Origin: a virus
Taxonomy: Duplodnaviria > Caudoviricetes
Direction: 5' to 3' (one strand)
IMG/VR virus record: IMGVR_UViG_3300011116_001007
Length of the DNA stretch: 64,000 nt
Both the position numbers and the translations under genes were made by a program. The notes below the pieces were generated by a model. It had not been told where the DNA came from. It saw nothing but the letters and a program-made list of their open reading frames with translations, and ran no database searches. Position 1 is the stretch's first letter. The number at the start of each line of letters is the position of its first letter. Of the stretch, positions 9,270 through 19,056 are shown piece after piece.

Positions 9270-11453
9270 TTAAACAGTTACCCAGGCAACGCCATTGTAA
9301 AATCTTAGTACACCCAGTGCAGTACTGTAATATAAACTACCCGATTCTGCACTGATTGGATCAGATGAGAAAAACGGTATCACCAGTTGAGTTGACACTG
9401 TGGCATTTAGTGCGGTTATACTATTACTGGCTTGAATGTTATTGCTGATTACATTACCTGTTATACTAACTGTAGTACCTGTCAATGAAGTTGCATTTAC
9501 ATTGACTCCGCCCAACACATTGCCACCTGTGATGTTGCCGGTAACACTCAATGTCCCCAATGTACCAACTGCGGTAATATTGGTCTGTGATGCTGTGGTT
9601 AGTGCTCCTGAAATTCCAGCAACAATAAGATTACCACCTGTGATGTTGCCAGCGGCTGAGATTAATCCACCTGTCAAGATGTTGCCACCTGTTACGTTAG
9701 CACTTACACTCACAGTGGTACCTGTGTGAGTGGTAGCATTGACATTGGCTCCACCTAATACATTGCCACCTGTGATGTTGCCTGTCACACTCACAGTGGT
9801 ACCTGTGTGAGTGGTAGCGTTGACATTGGCTCCGCCCAGCACATTGCCACCAGTGATGTTGCCAGTTACTGACACAGTGGTACCTGTGTGAGTGGTAGCG
9901 TTGACATTGGCTCCGCCTAATACATTGCCACCTGTGATGTTGCCTGTGGTGCTGTAACTGGTTGCAGTACTTGTACCGCTGGAAATGATATTACCAGTTA
10001 TGCTGAGATTACCACCACCTGTGATGTTGCCCCCGGCGCTGATGGTGGTTGAAACTGATAATGCACCACCTGTGACTAAATTACCGCCAGTGATGTTGGC
10101 CACAGCCGAAATTACGCCTGGTGTGATCAAGTTGCCACCTGTAGTATTACCACTGGCTGATAAAATTGCAGCTTGTACCAGTCCAGTGTTAATAACATTG
10201 CCACTGGTTACATTACCGATAGTGATATTGCCGCCAGTGATGTTGCCGGCAGCAGATATCACGCCGGCAGTGAGTACGTTGCCGCCAGTAACATTGGCAG
10301 TGACTGTCAAACTGCTCAATGTACCTACTGAGGTAATATTGGGTTGTGCTGCCGTAACAATTGTTCCAGTTAAATTGCCGCCAGCAATGTTGCCCGTGGC
10401 GCTGATCAATCCAGCAGTGAGTAAATTGCCGCCGGTGATGTTGCCTGTGGCACTGAGTCTTGCACCTGTTACCAATGTTGTGGCATTGACATTGTTGCCA
10501 GCAACATTGCCGCCTGTGAGATTGGCAGTGACATTGGCACCCGAAACATCACCAGTAAGAACAGCACTTGCGCCAGATATCACTCCTAGCGTTATTAAAT
10601 TGCCACCTTGAATATTTCCAGTAGCCGACACAGCAATGGTGGCATTGACATTGTTGGCAGTGACATTTCCTGTTCCGCCTAACGCATTGCTTACTGCAAG
10701 AGAATTTAGTGTCCCCACACTGGTCAAACTGCTGGTAGTCACATTTGAACTCAAAGTAGCGCCAGTTAATAAAGCAGCAGAGGTGGTAGCACTCACTCCA
10801 GTTAATGCGCTGCCATTCCCTACAAAATACGCTGCTGTGACATTGGCAGCACTGGTAATATTACCGGTGGCTGAAACTTGTCCAGCTGTTTGCAAATTAC
10901 CGCCAGATGCATTGCCAGTGGCAATCAATGCGCTGGTTGCAATTAAATTACCTCCAGTGACATTGCCTGTTGATGTGATTTGCCCGGCTGTTCGCAAATT
11001 ACCGCCTTGCACATTGGCGGTCACAGTCAAACTGCCCAGAGTACCCACTGTGGTCAAACTGCTGGTAGTCACATTCGAACTCAATGTACTGCCTGTGATC
11101 AAACTGGCTGCTGGACTGGATACAACTCCAGTTAATGCGCTGCCATCGCCTATGAATTTTCCGCTGGTTACAACATTCCCAACTGCACTGATAATACTGC
11201 TGCCGGTGAATAATCCAGTTAATGTGGCGCCGGTTCCAGACACCACAAACACATTGGCAACTCCTCTGCTGCTGATGTTTACAGTACTGTTGGTAATTAC
11301 TTGTACGTTTGAATTGCCGTTTTGAATACCAGTTACGCCGCCAATACCGTACAACTCAGTAAAATTACTGTTGCAGATATCAAAAGCGTCACGCAAAGGG
11401 GTACCGGTGCCGTCATTGGCGGTATTACCAGTGTCAATGTATTGCTGAGTCAT
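9270..11453 (-). CDS. Tail fibre-like protein with T4 gp9/gp10-type N-terminus
   Basis: IDTGNTANDGTGTPLRDAFDICNSNFTELY, then many TGNITGGN repeats. Confidence 0.7.
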   Translation of the reverse strand: MTQQYIDTGNTANDGTGTPLRDAFDICNSNFTELYGIGGVTGIQNGNSNVQVITNSTVNISSRGVANVFVVSGTGATLTGLFTGSSIISAVGNVVTSGKFIGDGSALTGVVSSPAASLITGSTLSSNVTTSSLTTVGTLGSLTVTANVQGGNLRTAGQITSTGNVTGGNLIATSALIATGNASGGNLQTAGQVSATGNITSAANVTAAYFVGNGSALTGVSATTSAALLTGATLSSNVTTSSLTSVGTLNSLAVSNALGGTGNVTANNVNATIAVSATGNIQGGNLITLGVISGASAVLTGDVSGANVTANLTGGNVAGNNVNATTLVTGARLSATGNITGGNLLTAGLISATGNIAGGNLTGTIVTAAQPNITSVGTLSSLTVTANVTGGNVLTAGVISAAGNITGGNITIGNVTSGNVINTGLVQAAILSASGNTTGGNLITPGVISAVANITGGNLVTGGALSVSTTISAGGNITGGGNLSITGNIISSGTSTATSYSTTGNITGGNVLGGANVNATTHTGTTVSVTGNITGGNVLGGANVNATTHTGTTVSVTGNITGGNVLGGANVNATTHTGTTVSVSANVTGGNILTGGLISAAGNITGGNLIVAGISGALTTASQTNITAVGTLGTLSVTGNITGGNVLGGVNVNATSLTGTTVSITGNVISNNIQASNSITALNATVSTQLVIPFFSSDPISAESGSLYYSTALGVLRFYNGVAWVTV
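9706..9947. repeat. Three tandem 81-bp (27 aa) repeats
   Basis: TGNITGGNVLGGANVNATTHTGTTVSV x3; DNA copies start at 9706, 9787 and about 9868. Confidence 0.9.
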
Positions 11454-11474
11454 AGATAGAGTGTCCTAGTGTAG

Positions 11475-11524
11475 TATTTACCAAAAAATTTTGCTTGCCC
11501 GTACAAGTGTCTACATGCTAAATA
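11475..11524. promoter_or_regulatory. Back-to-back TAAATA late-type promoters for divergent fibre genes
   Basis: tattta 11475-11480 (minus) and taaata 11519-11524 (plus); resemble T4 late TATAAATA. Confidence 0.6.
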
Positions 11525-11543
11525 CATAAAATTGGAGTATTAA

Positions 11544-14126
11544 ATGAGTTATATCATCAATAACAGCCGTGGCGACCAAATAGCATTCATACCCGACGGA
11601 ACAGTAAACACCACCGCTACAGATCTTGCCTTGGTAGGGCGGGCTGTTATAGAATATGGTGTTTATGAAAACGAAAATTATGTGTATTTGCTGGAAAATT
11701 TCTGCAATATCGTTCCGCCTACTCAGCCTATAACTGGTCAGCTATGGTACAACAATTCTGAAGATATACTATCAGTTTATAACAGTGCCAATGTGTTTGT
11801 TGATCTTGCCAGCATTGCGTATGTAGAAGCACAAAAAATCAGCCCTGTATTCACAGGCACGCCCACTGCACCCACTGCTGGCACAGGAACAGCAACCACT
11901 CAATTGGCTACCACGGCATTTGTGACCAACAGTCCAGCTTTTGCCGGCACGCCCACTGCACCCACTGCTGGCACAGGAACAGCGACCACTCAATTGGCTA
12001 CCACGGCATTTGTGACCAACAGTCCCATGTTTGCTGGCACGCCCACAGCGCCCACAGCAGCATCAGGAACCAATTCTACACAAATTGCTACCACAGCATT
12101 TGTGACCAATGGCCCAGCTTTTGCTGTATCGCCCACAGGCCCAACATTGACCAGTTTGACAGATGATGATCGAATGGCCACCACAGCATTTGTACAGGCA
12201 CAAAAGATCAGTCCAGTATTCACTGGAGTACCGGCAGCACCCACTGCCACATCGTCTACCAGTACCACTCAATTGGCCACCACAGCATTTGTACAGGCAC
12301 AAAAGATCAGTCCAGTATTCACTGGAGTACCGGCAGCACCCACACCTGATATCACTGTCAGTAATACGCAGATAGCTACCACACAGTTTGTTACCAACTG
12401 GACCAACGCCATGCCCACCATGAGCCAGCAAAATGCCAGTGCAGTTGCCATCACCGGTGGCACCATAACTGGTATCACACCATTAGCAGTTGAATACGGC
12501 GGCACCGGTGGATCAACTCAAGGCGCTGCTTTTGCAGGGTTGGGCCTGGGCACTATCTCTACACAAGACGCCAATAATGTGGCTATTTCGGGCGGAGTAA
12601 TTTACAATATTTCAGATCTGGCCGTAGTTGATGGAGGAACTGGAGCCAGTGATGCAGCTGGTGCTCGAACAAATCTCGGACTGGGCAGCATCGCCACACA
12701 GAGTGCTGGTGATGTTTCTATCACCGGTGGCATAATTTCTGCCACTGCGCCCACAGCAGCAGCAGGAACAGCAACCACTCAATTGGCTACCACAGCATTT
12801 GTGACCAATAGTCCAGCTTTTGCTGGCATACCCACTGCGCCCACAGCAGCAGCAGGAACAGCAACCACTCAATTGGCTACCACAGCATTTGTGACCAATG
12901 GCCCAGCTTTTGCTGTATCGCCCACAGGTCCAACACCTGGGTACACAGCCGCTGATAATAAAATGGCCACCACTGAGTTTGTGCAGGCACAAAAGGTCAG
13001 TCCGGTATTTACTGGAACACCACAGTCGCCTACTGCTGCATCTAATGATAGCAGTACACAAATAGCCACCACTGAGTTTGTGCAGGCACAAAAGGTCAGT
13101 CCAGTATTTACTGGAACACCAGCGGCACCCACACCTGACATCACTGTCAGTAATACGCAGATAGCTACCACAAGATTTGTTACTAACTGGACCAATGCCC
13201 TGCCCACAATGAGCCAGCAGAATGCCAATGCAGTTGCCATCACTGGTGGTACCATAACTGGTATCACACCATTATCAGTTGAATATGGCGGCACTGGCGG
13301 GTCGTCGCAAGCCGGGGGTCGCACAGGATTGGGCCTGGGCACCATCTCTACACAAAATTCTACTGCTGTAAATATTTCAGGTGGGTCAATCTACAACATC
13401 TCAGACCTGGCTGTGGCCGATGGAGGAACTGGAGCCAGTGATGCAGCTGGTGCTCGAACAAATCTTGGCCTGGGCACTATTGCCACACAAAATGCCAGCG
13501 CAGTTGCCATCACTGGTGGCAGTATCAGCGGGATAACTGCATTGCCAGTGTTGTCTGGAGGAACCGGAGCCAGCAATGCAGCCAGTGCTCGAACAAATCT
13601 CGGACTGGGCACTATTGCCACACAAAATGCCAATGCAGTTGCCATCACCGGCGGCATCATCAGTGGGATAACTCCATTGCCGGTGTTGTCTGGAGGAACT
13701 GGCTCCAATATCGCATCTGTGGCCAGATTAAATTTGGGCATGGGCAGCATAGCCACGCAAGATTCTAGCGCAGTATCAATCAGTGGCGGGTCAATGACCA
13801 ACATCAATATGACCAATTCGACGGTGCAAGCTAATTTAATAACATCCAATATAGTGATCACTGGCGGAACCATCACAGGTATTACTCCATTGGCTGTAAC
13901 AGCCGGGGGTACTGGTTCTGGTGATTATGCCAATGCTTTGGTAAATCTCAATGCTGTGGGAATTACTACTCGGGTTATTGCCGGTACTGGACTCAGTGGC
14001 GGAGGTGCGTTGAGTACCAACGTAACGTTGACCATAGCAAGCAGTTCTAATGGGTACGGTAATCGAACTATTAGTAGTGCAATACCCACAGGCGGCAGCG
14101 ATGGTGATATCTGGTATCAAGTATAA
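11544..14126 (+). CDS. Long tail fibre protein
   Basis: Repeats SPVFTGTPTAPT...TTQLATTAFV (phage fibre repeat) and DGGTGASDAAGARTNLGLG; GGAG SD. Confidence 0.8.
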   Translation: MSYIINNSRGDQIAFIPDGTVNTTATDLALVGRAVIEYGVYENENYVYLLENFCNIVPPTQPITGQLWYNNSEDILSVYNSANVFVDLASIAYVEAQKISPVFTGTPTAPTAGTGTATTQLATTAFVTNSPAFAGTPTAPTAGTGTATTQLATTAFVTNSPMFAGTPTAPTAASGTNSTQIATTAFVTNGPAFAVSPTGPTLTSLTDDDRMATTAFVQAQKISPVFTGVPAAPTATSSTSTTQLATTAFVQAQKISPVFTGVPAAPTPDITVSNTQIATTQFVTNWTNAMPTMSQQNASAVAITGGTITGITPLAVEYGGTGGSTQGAAFAGLGLGTISTQDANNVAISGGVIYNISDLAVVDGGTGASDAAGARTNLGLGSIATQSAGDVSITGGIISATAPTAAAGTATTQLATTAFVTNSPAFAGIPTAPTAAAGTATTQLATTAFVTNGPAFAVSPTGPTPGYTAADNKMATTEFVQAQKVSPVFTGTPQSPTAASNDSSTQIATTEFVQAQKVSPVFTGTPAAPTPDITVSNTQIATTRFVTNWTNALPTMSQQNANAVAITGGTITGITPLSVEYGGTGGSSQAGGRTGLGLGTISTQNSTAVNISGGSIYNISDLAVADGGTGASDAAGARTNLGLGTIATQNASAVAITGGSISGITALPVLSGGTGASNAASARTNLGLGTIATQNANAVAITGGIISGITPLPVLSGGTGSNIASVARLNLGMGSIATQDSSAVSISGGSMTNINMTNSTVQANLITSNIVITGGTITGITPLAVTAGGTGSGDYANALVNLNAVGITTRVIAGTGLSGGGALSTNVTLTIASSSNGYGNRTISSAIPTGGSDGDIWYQV
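12080..13500. repeat. Internal duplication of a ~210 aa block in the fibre gene (offset about 790 bp), plus short tandem units
   Basis: TNGPAFAVSPTGP...PTPDITVSNTQIATT...DGGTGASDAAGARTNLGLG occurs twice. Confidence 0.85.
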
Positions 14127-14138
14127 TACAAATCTATA

Positions 14139-15605
14139 ATGCCAATAATATCTAGACCGGTAGGGTATACAAATTCATTACAAACACTCACGGTATATCC
14201 GTTGATTCCTGACGCTCAACTTACTGCACATCTCTGGGGCGGTGGTGGTGGTGGCGGCGGGAACGATTCTGGCCCCGGAGGCGCAGGAGGTGGTGGCGGG
14301 TTTTCGATTGCCACAATTGCTTGCAACACTGCTGATGTTATTACACTGGCAGTGGGCAGCGGCGGTGGTGGCGGGCTCAGCGGCGGCGGAGTAAGTGGAG
14401 GATCAGGAGGATCTAGCTATGTTGGGTATAGCGTATTCAACACAAGACAATTGGCTGGAACAAATGGATTGATTGCAGTGAGTTTACCTTACGCCTGGAG
14501 CAATTTCATGAACGCCTATGCTGTATGGAATGCCAATGGTGCTTACACGCTTGATGTCTCTACCACTATTTCTGTGCCATTCACTGGTGTATTTGTTTTG
14601 CAGACAGCATTTGATGACGATGGCACAGTATACATAGATGGGATTGCTGTGGCATCTTCCAGCGGAAGTTATAACGGTTCAAGAATTAACAATATTACAA
14701 TAACCAGCGGTTCTCATACTTTACGTATTGTAGGTTATAACTCCGGTGGAGGACCCGCTGGAGTGGCTGTATCGATCAACAGTGGGGCTAGTTTTTCAGG
14801 TGCTCCGGGCGGCAATTCAGGATCACGAGGTGCTAGCGGTAGTGGTGGTGGTGGCGGCGGGGCAACTGTTTTATTACAAAATGGGCTATTGCAGGGCGTG
14901 GCTGCCGGCGGCGGTGGCGGCGGCGGGGCAGGTAATCCTAGCCCAGGTGGCAGCAGTCCCGGACCCAACGGCCAAACTACCACAGGGTTCAATGGTGAAT
15001 CAGGAGCAGGTCATCCAGGTGACGGCGGCGCTGGCGGAGGTGGTGGCGGAGGATACAATGGCAGCACTGGCGGAGGTGGCAATGGTGGAGCATATGGCGG
15101 GTGGCCGGGTGCTAGCGATACTGGTGGACAAGCAGGAAACCCTGGCGCCAGCTGGAGTTTTGCCTATCCAAATGGATTTAATCCCAGTGGTCGAACACCC
15201 GGCGGACAGTCAGGAATCTCAGTACCAGCTGGAGTTGGACAAGGTGGGCGATCAAACGGCGAACGTGGGGGCAATGGATATGCAGTGATATACATGAATG
15301 TTCCTGGGGTGTTTGTAAATCAAGCTGGTACCTATTATGCTACCAAGGAAGTTTATGTGAATGATCAAGGCACTTGGAAAATCACAAATGCAATTTATAT
15401 CAAACAAAATGGGGCCTGGACCCAGGTGTCCGGCCAACAAACTACTAATTTTGAAACTATCAGCGGAGATTGGGGTATGGTTCCGCGGTCCAGTCCATAC
15501 GTTTACTCTCCACCACCGCAACCAAGTGGAGGTGGTGGACCAGGCAGGGGAGAAGGCAGCAGCGGCGTCGCTGGTGGCGGCTTTGGCGGTGGTGGCGGCG
15601 ACTAA
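14139..15605 (+). CDS. Glycine-rich fibre/adhesin protein with a PA14-like domain
   Basis: Poly-Gly tracts flank a central [13 protein letters not shown]...GSHTLRI segment. Confidence 0.6.
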   Translation: MPIISRPVGYTNSLQTLTVYPLIPDAQLTAHLWGGGGGGGGNDSGPGGAGGGGGFSIATIACNTADVITLAVGSGGGGGLSGGGVSGGSGGSSYVGYSVFNTRQLAGTNGLIAVSLPYAWSNFMNAYAVWNANGAYTLDVSTTISVPFTGVFVLQTAFDDDGTVYIDGIAVASSSGSYNGSRINNITITSGSHTLRIVGYNSGGGPAGVAVSINSGASFSGAPGGNSGSRGASGSGGGGGGATVLLQNGLLQGVAAGGGGGGGAGNPSPGGSSPGPNGQTTTGFNGESGAGHPGDGGAGGGGGGGYNGSTGGGGNGGAYGGWPGASDTGGQAGNPGASWSFAYPNGFNPSGRTPGGQSGISVPAGVGQGGRSNGERGGNGYAVIYMNVPGVFVNQAGTYYATKEVYVNDQGTWKITNAIYIKQNGAWTQVSGQQTTNFETISGDWGMVPRSSPYVYSPPPQPSGGGGPGRGEGSSGVAGGGFGGGGGD

Positions 15606-15922
15606 ACTGAAAAACTACTGCCGCAGCCGCAGGTGCTGACTGCATTGGGATTTTTTATCACAAAGCTGGCACCCATGGCATCTTCTTTGTAATCAATGTC
15701 TGATTCTTGTAGATATTGCATGCTCATGGCATCTACTACCACTCGCACTTCTTCGTAGTTGAAATCAAAATCATCTTCGTTTTGAATTTCATCAAACGTG
15801 AATCCATAACTGAATCCTGAACAACCGCCGCCTTGCACAAACACACGCAGCATGAGCGCAGGGTTGGCTTCTTCTGCGATCAGCTCACGCAGTTTGCTCA
15901 CAGCAGCAGGTTTGAGATTCAT
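15602..15922 (-). CDS. erpA: Fe-S cluster insertion protein ErpA/IscA (HesB family)
   Basis: [17 protein letters not shown] and C-terminal CGCGSSF; start MNLKP overlaps the SOD stop (TAATG). Confidence 0.92.
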   Translation of the reverse strand: MNLKPAAVSKLRELIAEEANPALMLRVFVQGGGCSGFSYGFTFDEIQNEDDFDFNYEEVRVVVDAMSMQYLQESDIDYKEDAMGASFVIKNPNAVSTCGCGSSFSV

Positions 15923-16464
15923 TATAGTCTTTCGTTGCACACATCCCAATCAATGATCTTCCAGATATTGTTGAGATATGCTTCTTTGTCGCTTTGATAA
16001 TCCAGGGCCCAGGCATGTTCCCACCAGTCTACTAGCACACAGATGTCGGTGCGTACGGCATGATTGGCGATGGTCTTGATTGCTCCGCTGGTGCTGAGAT
16101 ACACCCATCCAGAGCCTTGTATTTTCATAGCAGTTTCTTTGAATGCTATTTTGAAATCTTCGTAGGTTTTAAAATGTTCTTCTATGAGTGCGAGTACTGC
16201 ACCACGTGGTCGATTGGCACCTTTGGGAGCCCTAAGCTGAGGGAAAAACTTATTGTGTAAAAAACTGCCAGCACGATTAAAATCTGCATTGCCTTCTCCT
16301 GCATTGTATCGCTTGGCATAGCCCTTGGCGAGATGTTCAAAATGGTAATCAATTGTGGCAGCACTCATCACCGGTGCCAGGTCCTTGGGACCATAAGGTA
16401 GTGGAGTAGTTTCTAGTTTGGCCGGTCTGGTGCTGGCTTCCAGTAAGTCTATGTGTTCACGCAT
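15922..16464 (-). CDS. sod: Fe/Mn superoxide dismutase (compact form)
   Basis: LPY...IDYH, FLHN, GSGW, DWWEHA: all four metal ligands present. Confidence 0.88.
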   Translation of the reverse strand: MREHIDLLEASTRPAKLETTPLPYGPKDLAPVMSAATIDYHFEHLAKGYAKRYNAGEGNADFNRAGSFLHNKFFPQLRAPKGANRPRGAVLALIEEHFKTYEDFKIAFKETAMKIQGSGWVYLSTSGAIKTIANHAVRTDICVLVDWWEHAWALDYQSDKEAYLNNIWKIIDWDVCNERL

Positions 16465-16472
16465 ACAGGTAT

Positions 16473-16691
16473 TTATTTTCTTCTAACAATACGCCCTCTA
16501 GTGAGATCGTATGGTGTGAATTCCACTTCTACCCGATCTCCCAGCAGCACTTTGATATTGTTGGTACGCATTCGCCCACTGAGATGTCCCAGCACTGTAT
16601 GCTCAACATTGTCTATTTTGACGCGGAACATCGCAGCAGGTAAAATGTCTTCAACTGTTCCCTCCATTTTGAGAGTTTCTTCTTTGGCCAT
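16473..16691 (-). CDS. infA: Translation initiation factor IF-1
   Basis: MAKEE...EG.V..ILP..MFRV...[32 protein letters not shown]. Confidence 0.95.
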   Translation of the reverse strand: MAKEETLKMEGTVEDILPAAMFRVKIDNVEHTVLGHLSGRMRTNNIKVLLGDRVEVEFTPYDLTRGRIVRRK

Positions 16692-16697
16692 ATGCAA

Positions 16698-17147
16698 TTA
16701 CTTAGTGAAGTTGATCTCTGTTGTGATCTTCTTCAATCGATCATAGCGGAAACTGCGCCAGGCAGCCTGATCTAAATCGTAAACTCGCTGGGTCACAGGA
16801 TCAGGTTCTTTGCGCGGTTTTTTATTTTCGGCCAGTGTGTCTAGTCCATCTGGGTTAGCAGTAGAGGATTTGAAAATTGTGCCTACAGGTGCTGGCGGAA
16901 TTCTGCTGCTGTCCAGAGTGCATCGCATGTCACGTGTGGTGCCATCTGATTTCACAAACTGCACAGTGACTTCGCTGGTGGTCAACAGGCCCTTGACCCA
17001 AGCCCTTATTTCCGCTTGGCCTGCGGTGTCAGCTTCTTGATACTGCGTTCCAGGTGCATTTTTCAGCAAGCGAAACACTTCTGCTTTTTCCCAATCCATC
17101 AAATCCATAAGTTCTCCTCTAAAAGTTAATAAACGTTTTTTAATCAT
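16698..17147 (-). CDS. WYL_2/DUF2693-like (SH3-fold) T4-type protein
   Basis: VTVQFVKSDGTTRDMRCTL...VYDLDQAAWRSFR. Confidence 0.65.
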   Translation of the reverse strand: MIKKRLLTFRGELMDLMDWEKAEVFRLLKNAPGTQYQEADTAGQAEIRAWVKGLLTTSEVTVQFVKSDGTTRDMRCTLDSSRIPPAPVGTIFKSSTANPDGLDTLAENKKPRKEPDPVTQRVYDLDQAAWRSFRYDRLKKITTEINFTK

Positions 17148-17500
17148 GTCCATCTCAATGCTGCTATTGTAGCATACTTGGCATACTTTTGACTAATCTT
17201 TATGGTTAGACGATTGTCAGTAGCATCACGATCAGCCATGCCCCAATCCCAATCCCATTTTTGACGACCGACATGTTCTTCTAACCATGGGCGATAGTGA
17301 TCGTTTGGGTCACTGCTATCGACAGATGTTTTACTACCGTCTGGCATCCAATCTATATCTACCCACCCCCTGGGCCATGCTACATTGATTACAACTCCGG
17401 GCATAAATCGCCACCAGAGATGTTCTTTGATATTCAATCCGCAGGGCATCCAATAGTTTTGTCTAAAGAAGAAAAGACCTTTAATCTCACTCTTGCTCAT
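17144..17500 (-). CDS. LRW-array small protein 1
   Basis: Ends YATIAALRWT; ATGA-coupled at both ends. Confidence 0.75.
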   Translation of the reverse strand: MSKSEIKGLFFFRQNYWMPCGLNIKEHLWWRFMPGVVINVAWPRGWVDIDWMPDGSKTSVDSSDPNDHYRPWLEEHVGRQKWDWDWGMADRDATDNRLTIKISQKYAKYATIAALRWT

Positions 17501-17742
17501 GTCCACCTCAATATAAACCATGTTGCCAACTTAGGATCTTTAACTGTGATAGTGGGCACATATTTTGGTCCCAAGTCACGAGGGTCAAACGCTTCGTGTG
17601 GCTGTGGATAAACACGCTCACGCTTGTAGAACCAGGCATAATCGTAATTGTCAACAAGGCCAGTCATATTGCCTTTGCCCACATGTTTGTTTAACCATTC
17701 GGTACACCCTTCGGGCACACCTTGACGAAATTCTACTCTCAT
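17497..17742 (-). CDS. LRW-array small protein 2
   Basis: Ends LATWFILRWT. Confidence 0.75.
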   Translation of the reverse strand: MRVEFRQGVPEGCTEWLNKHVGKGNMTGLVDNYDYAWFYKRERVYPQPHEAFDPRDLGPKYVPTITVKDPKLATWFILRWT

Positions 17743-17990
17743 GTCCACCTCAATAAAAAGAATGTAGCATCACTACCTTCTTTGAAAGCAATCTTGCTGT
17801 CCCAACAATGACATTCAATTTTAGTTTCTTTTAACCAATCTTTCACATTACTAGACACACTAGGAATGTACCATGGATCTGGTATTTTAACAATAGTCCA
17901 ACCCATAGCATTGTATAGTATTTCGGTATCAATACTATCAGCTAAATCTTTAGTTAGTTTATTAAGATATTTGTGTTCTATATCCATCAT
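17739..17990 (-). CDS. LRW-array small protein 3
   Basis: Ends DATFFLLRWT. Confidence 0.75.
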   Translation of the reverse strand: MMDIEHKYLNKLTKDLADSIDTEILYNAMGWTIVKIPDPWYIPSVSSNVKDWLKETKIECHCWDSKIAFKEGSDATFFLLRWT

Positions 17991-18202
17991 AGCCACCTCA
18001 ACAAGAACCATGCAGCATGTTTTTCATCGCGGAACTCGACCACACCTTCGCCAAGATACCTCCACCCATCCTCAGACTGGCCACCGAATTGTTCAAAGCA
18101 CCAATCTATACAGGGACTCCATCCTTTATAATTTGAAGCGATTTTGGGATCATTGGGTACCGGCACACTGACTATATGCCATTCTGGCTGCGGGTATTTC
18201 AT
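17987..18202 (-). CDS. LRW-array small protein 4
   Basis: DWCFEQFG...FRDEKHAAWFLLRWL. Confidence 0.75.
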   Translation of the reverse strand: MKYPQPEWHIVSVPVPNDPKIASNYKGWSPCIDWCFEQFGGQSEDGWRYLGEGVVEFRDEKHAAWFLLRWL

Positions 18203-18399
18203 GACCACCTCAACAGAAACCAATCGTGGTTCTTTCTAACTTGAAACACATAGCCTGTGCTGCCTGAACTCAATAGAAAAGGATTGCAATCATTTTTATA
18301 CATCCAACTAGTAATTTCGTGCCAATCTTCTGTTTTCATACAACGGTAAACTGGATGATTGTTCCAACCTGGATATGATGTTTTCTCTACTTTTGTCAT
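18199..18399 (-). CDS. LRW-array small protein 5
   Basis: Ends HDWFLLRWS. Confidence 0.75.
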   Translation of the reverse strand: MTKVEKTSYPGWNNHPVYRCMKTEDWHEITSWMYKNDCNPFLLSSGSTGYVFQVRKNHDWFLLRWS

Positions 18400-18638
18400 G
18401 ACCATCTCAATGTAAAATGTGTGGCATCTTTTGCGTCCGAGAAATAGAATGTACTACCGGCCCACTCATTTTTTTGCAAACAACAATCACGCCTAGTATG
18501 TTCACTAACCCACCTAACCATTTCCGCAACTTGATCACACCAATCAGTCCAATCCATTCCCGGGCGTACTGTAAGATGTACCTTGTGATAATTCTTGTCA
18601 ATATCACGTTTTTCTTTTCTACGCTGTTTGCTATTCAT
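18396..18638 (-). CDS. LRW-array small protein 6
   Basis: Ends FSDAKDATHFTLRWS. Confidence 0.75.
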   Translation of the reverse strand: MNSKQRRKEKRDIDKNYHKVHLTVRPGMDWTDWCDQVAEMVRWVSEHTRRDCCLQKNEWAGSTFYFSDAKDATHFTLRWS

Positions 18639-18829
18639 GCGCCCCACTTCAGCAAGAACAACATCAGGTGCTTTTGCTTTTTAAAGTAAAAATAGCCGTT
18701 GGCTCTTTGGTGTTCACCAAATTTAAAAGTCTTAGTACACCAGCGATCTGCCTCAAGCCACTTATTGCCTTGGACAATTTTGTAGGGCATCTTGACTCGT
18801 TTGATACCGTAGTCAACAATCAGGGTCAT
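18635..18829 (-). CDS. LRW-array small protein 7
   Basis: RWCTKTF...LMLFLLKWGA. Confidence 0.75.
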   Translation of the reverse strand: MTLIVDYGIKRVKMPYKIVQGNKWLEADRWCTKTFKFGEHQRANGYFYFKKQKHLMLFLLKWGA

Positions 18830-19056
18830 GACCACCTCAACAAAAACAATGTAACATACTTTTCTTTATACAAGTATAACCAGCCACCGAGATAATCCCA
18901 ATGACGGTCATGCGTATGTGTAATAAATCCATTGGGTCCAAAAGTATCCCAGCACCATTCATGCACTTGTTTTATATTACTGCCCGGAGTAGTAAGGCTA
19001 AAATGCACATCCCATCTATCTAACTCGGGACGATGTATAATCTTGGGCAAAGTCAT
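18826..19056 (-). CDS. LRW-array small protein 8
   Basis: EWCWDTFG...YVTLFLLRWS. Confidence 0.75.
   Translation of the reverse strand: MTLPKIIHRPELDRWDVHFSLTTPGSNIKQVHEWCWDTFGPNGFITHTHDRHWDYLGGWLYLYKEKYVTLFLLRWS

Noticed and set aside
9436-11325. Long plus-strand 'LPPVMLPV' ORFs
   Set aside because: Antisense shadows of the TGNITGGN fibre repeats
11772-13876. Minus-strand ORFs inside the fibre gene
   Set aside because: Antisense or alternative-frame shadows of repetitive coding sequence
14240-15600. GGC/GGT runs as microsatellites
   Set aside because: They encode poly-Gly with mixed codons
11544-15605. Plus-strand fibre block as an invertible shufflon segment
   Set aside because: No flanking inverted repeats or invertase seen; divergent late promoters explain the orientation
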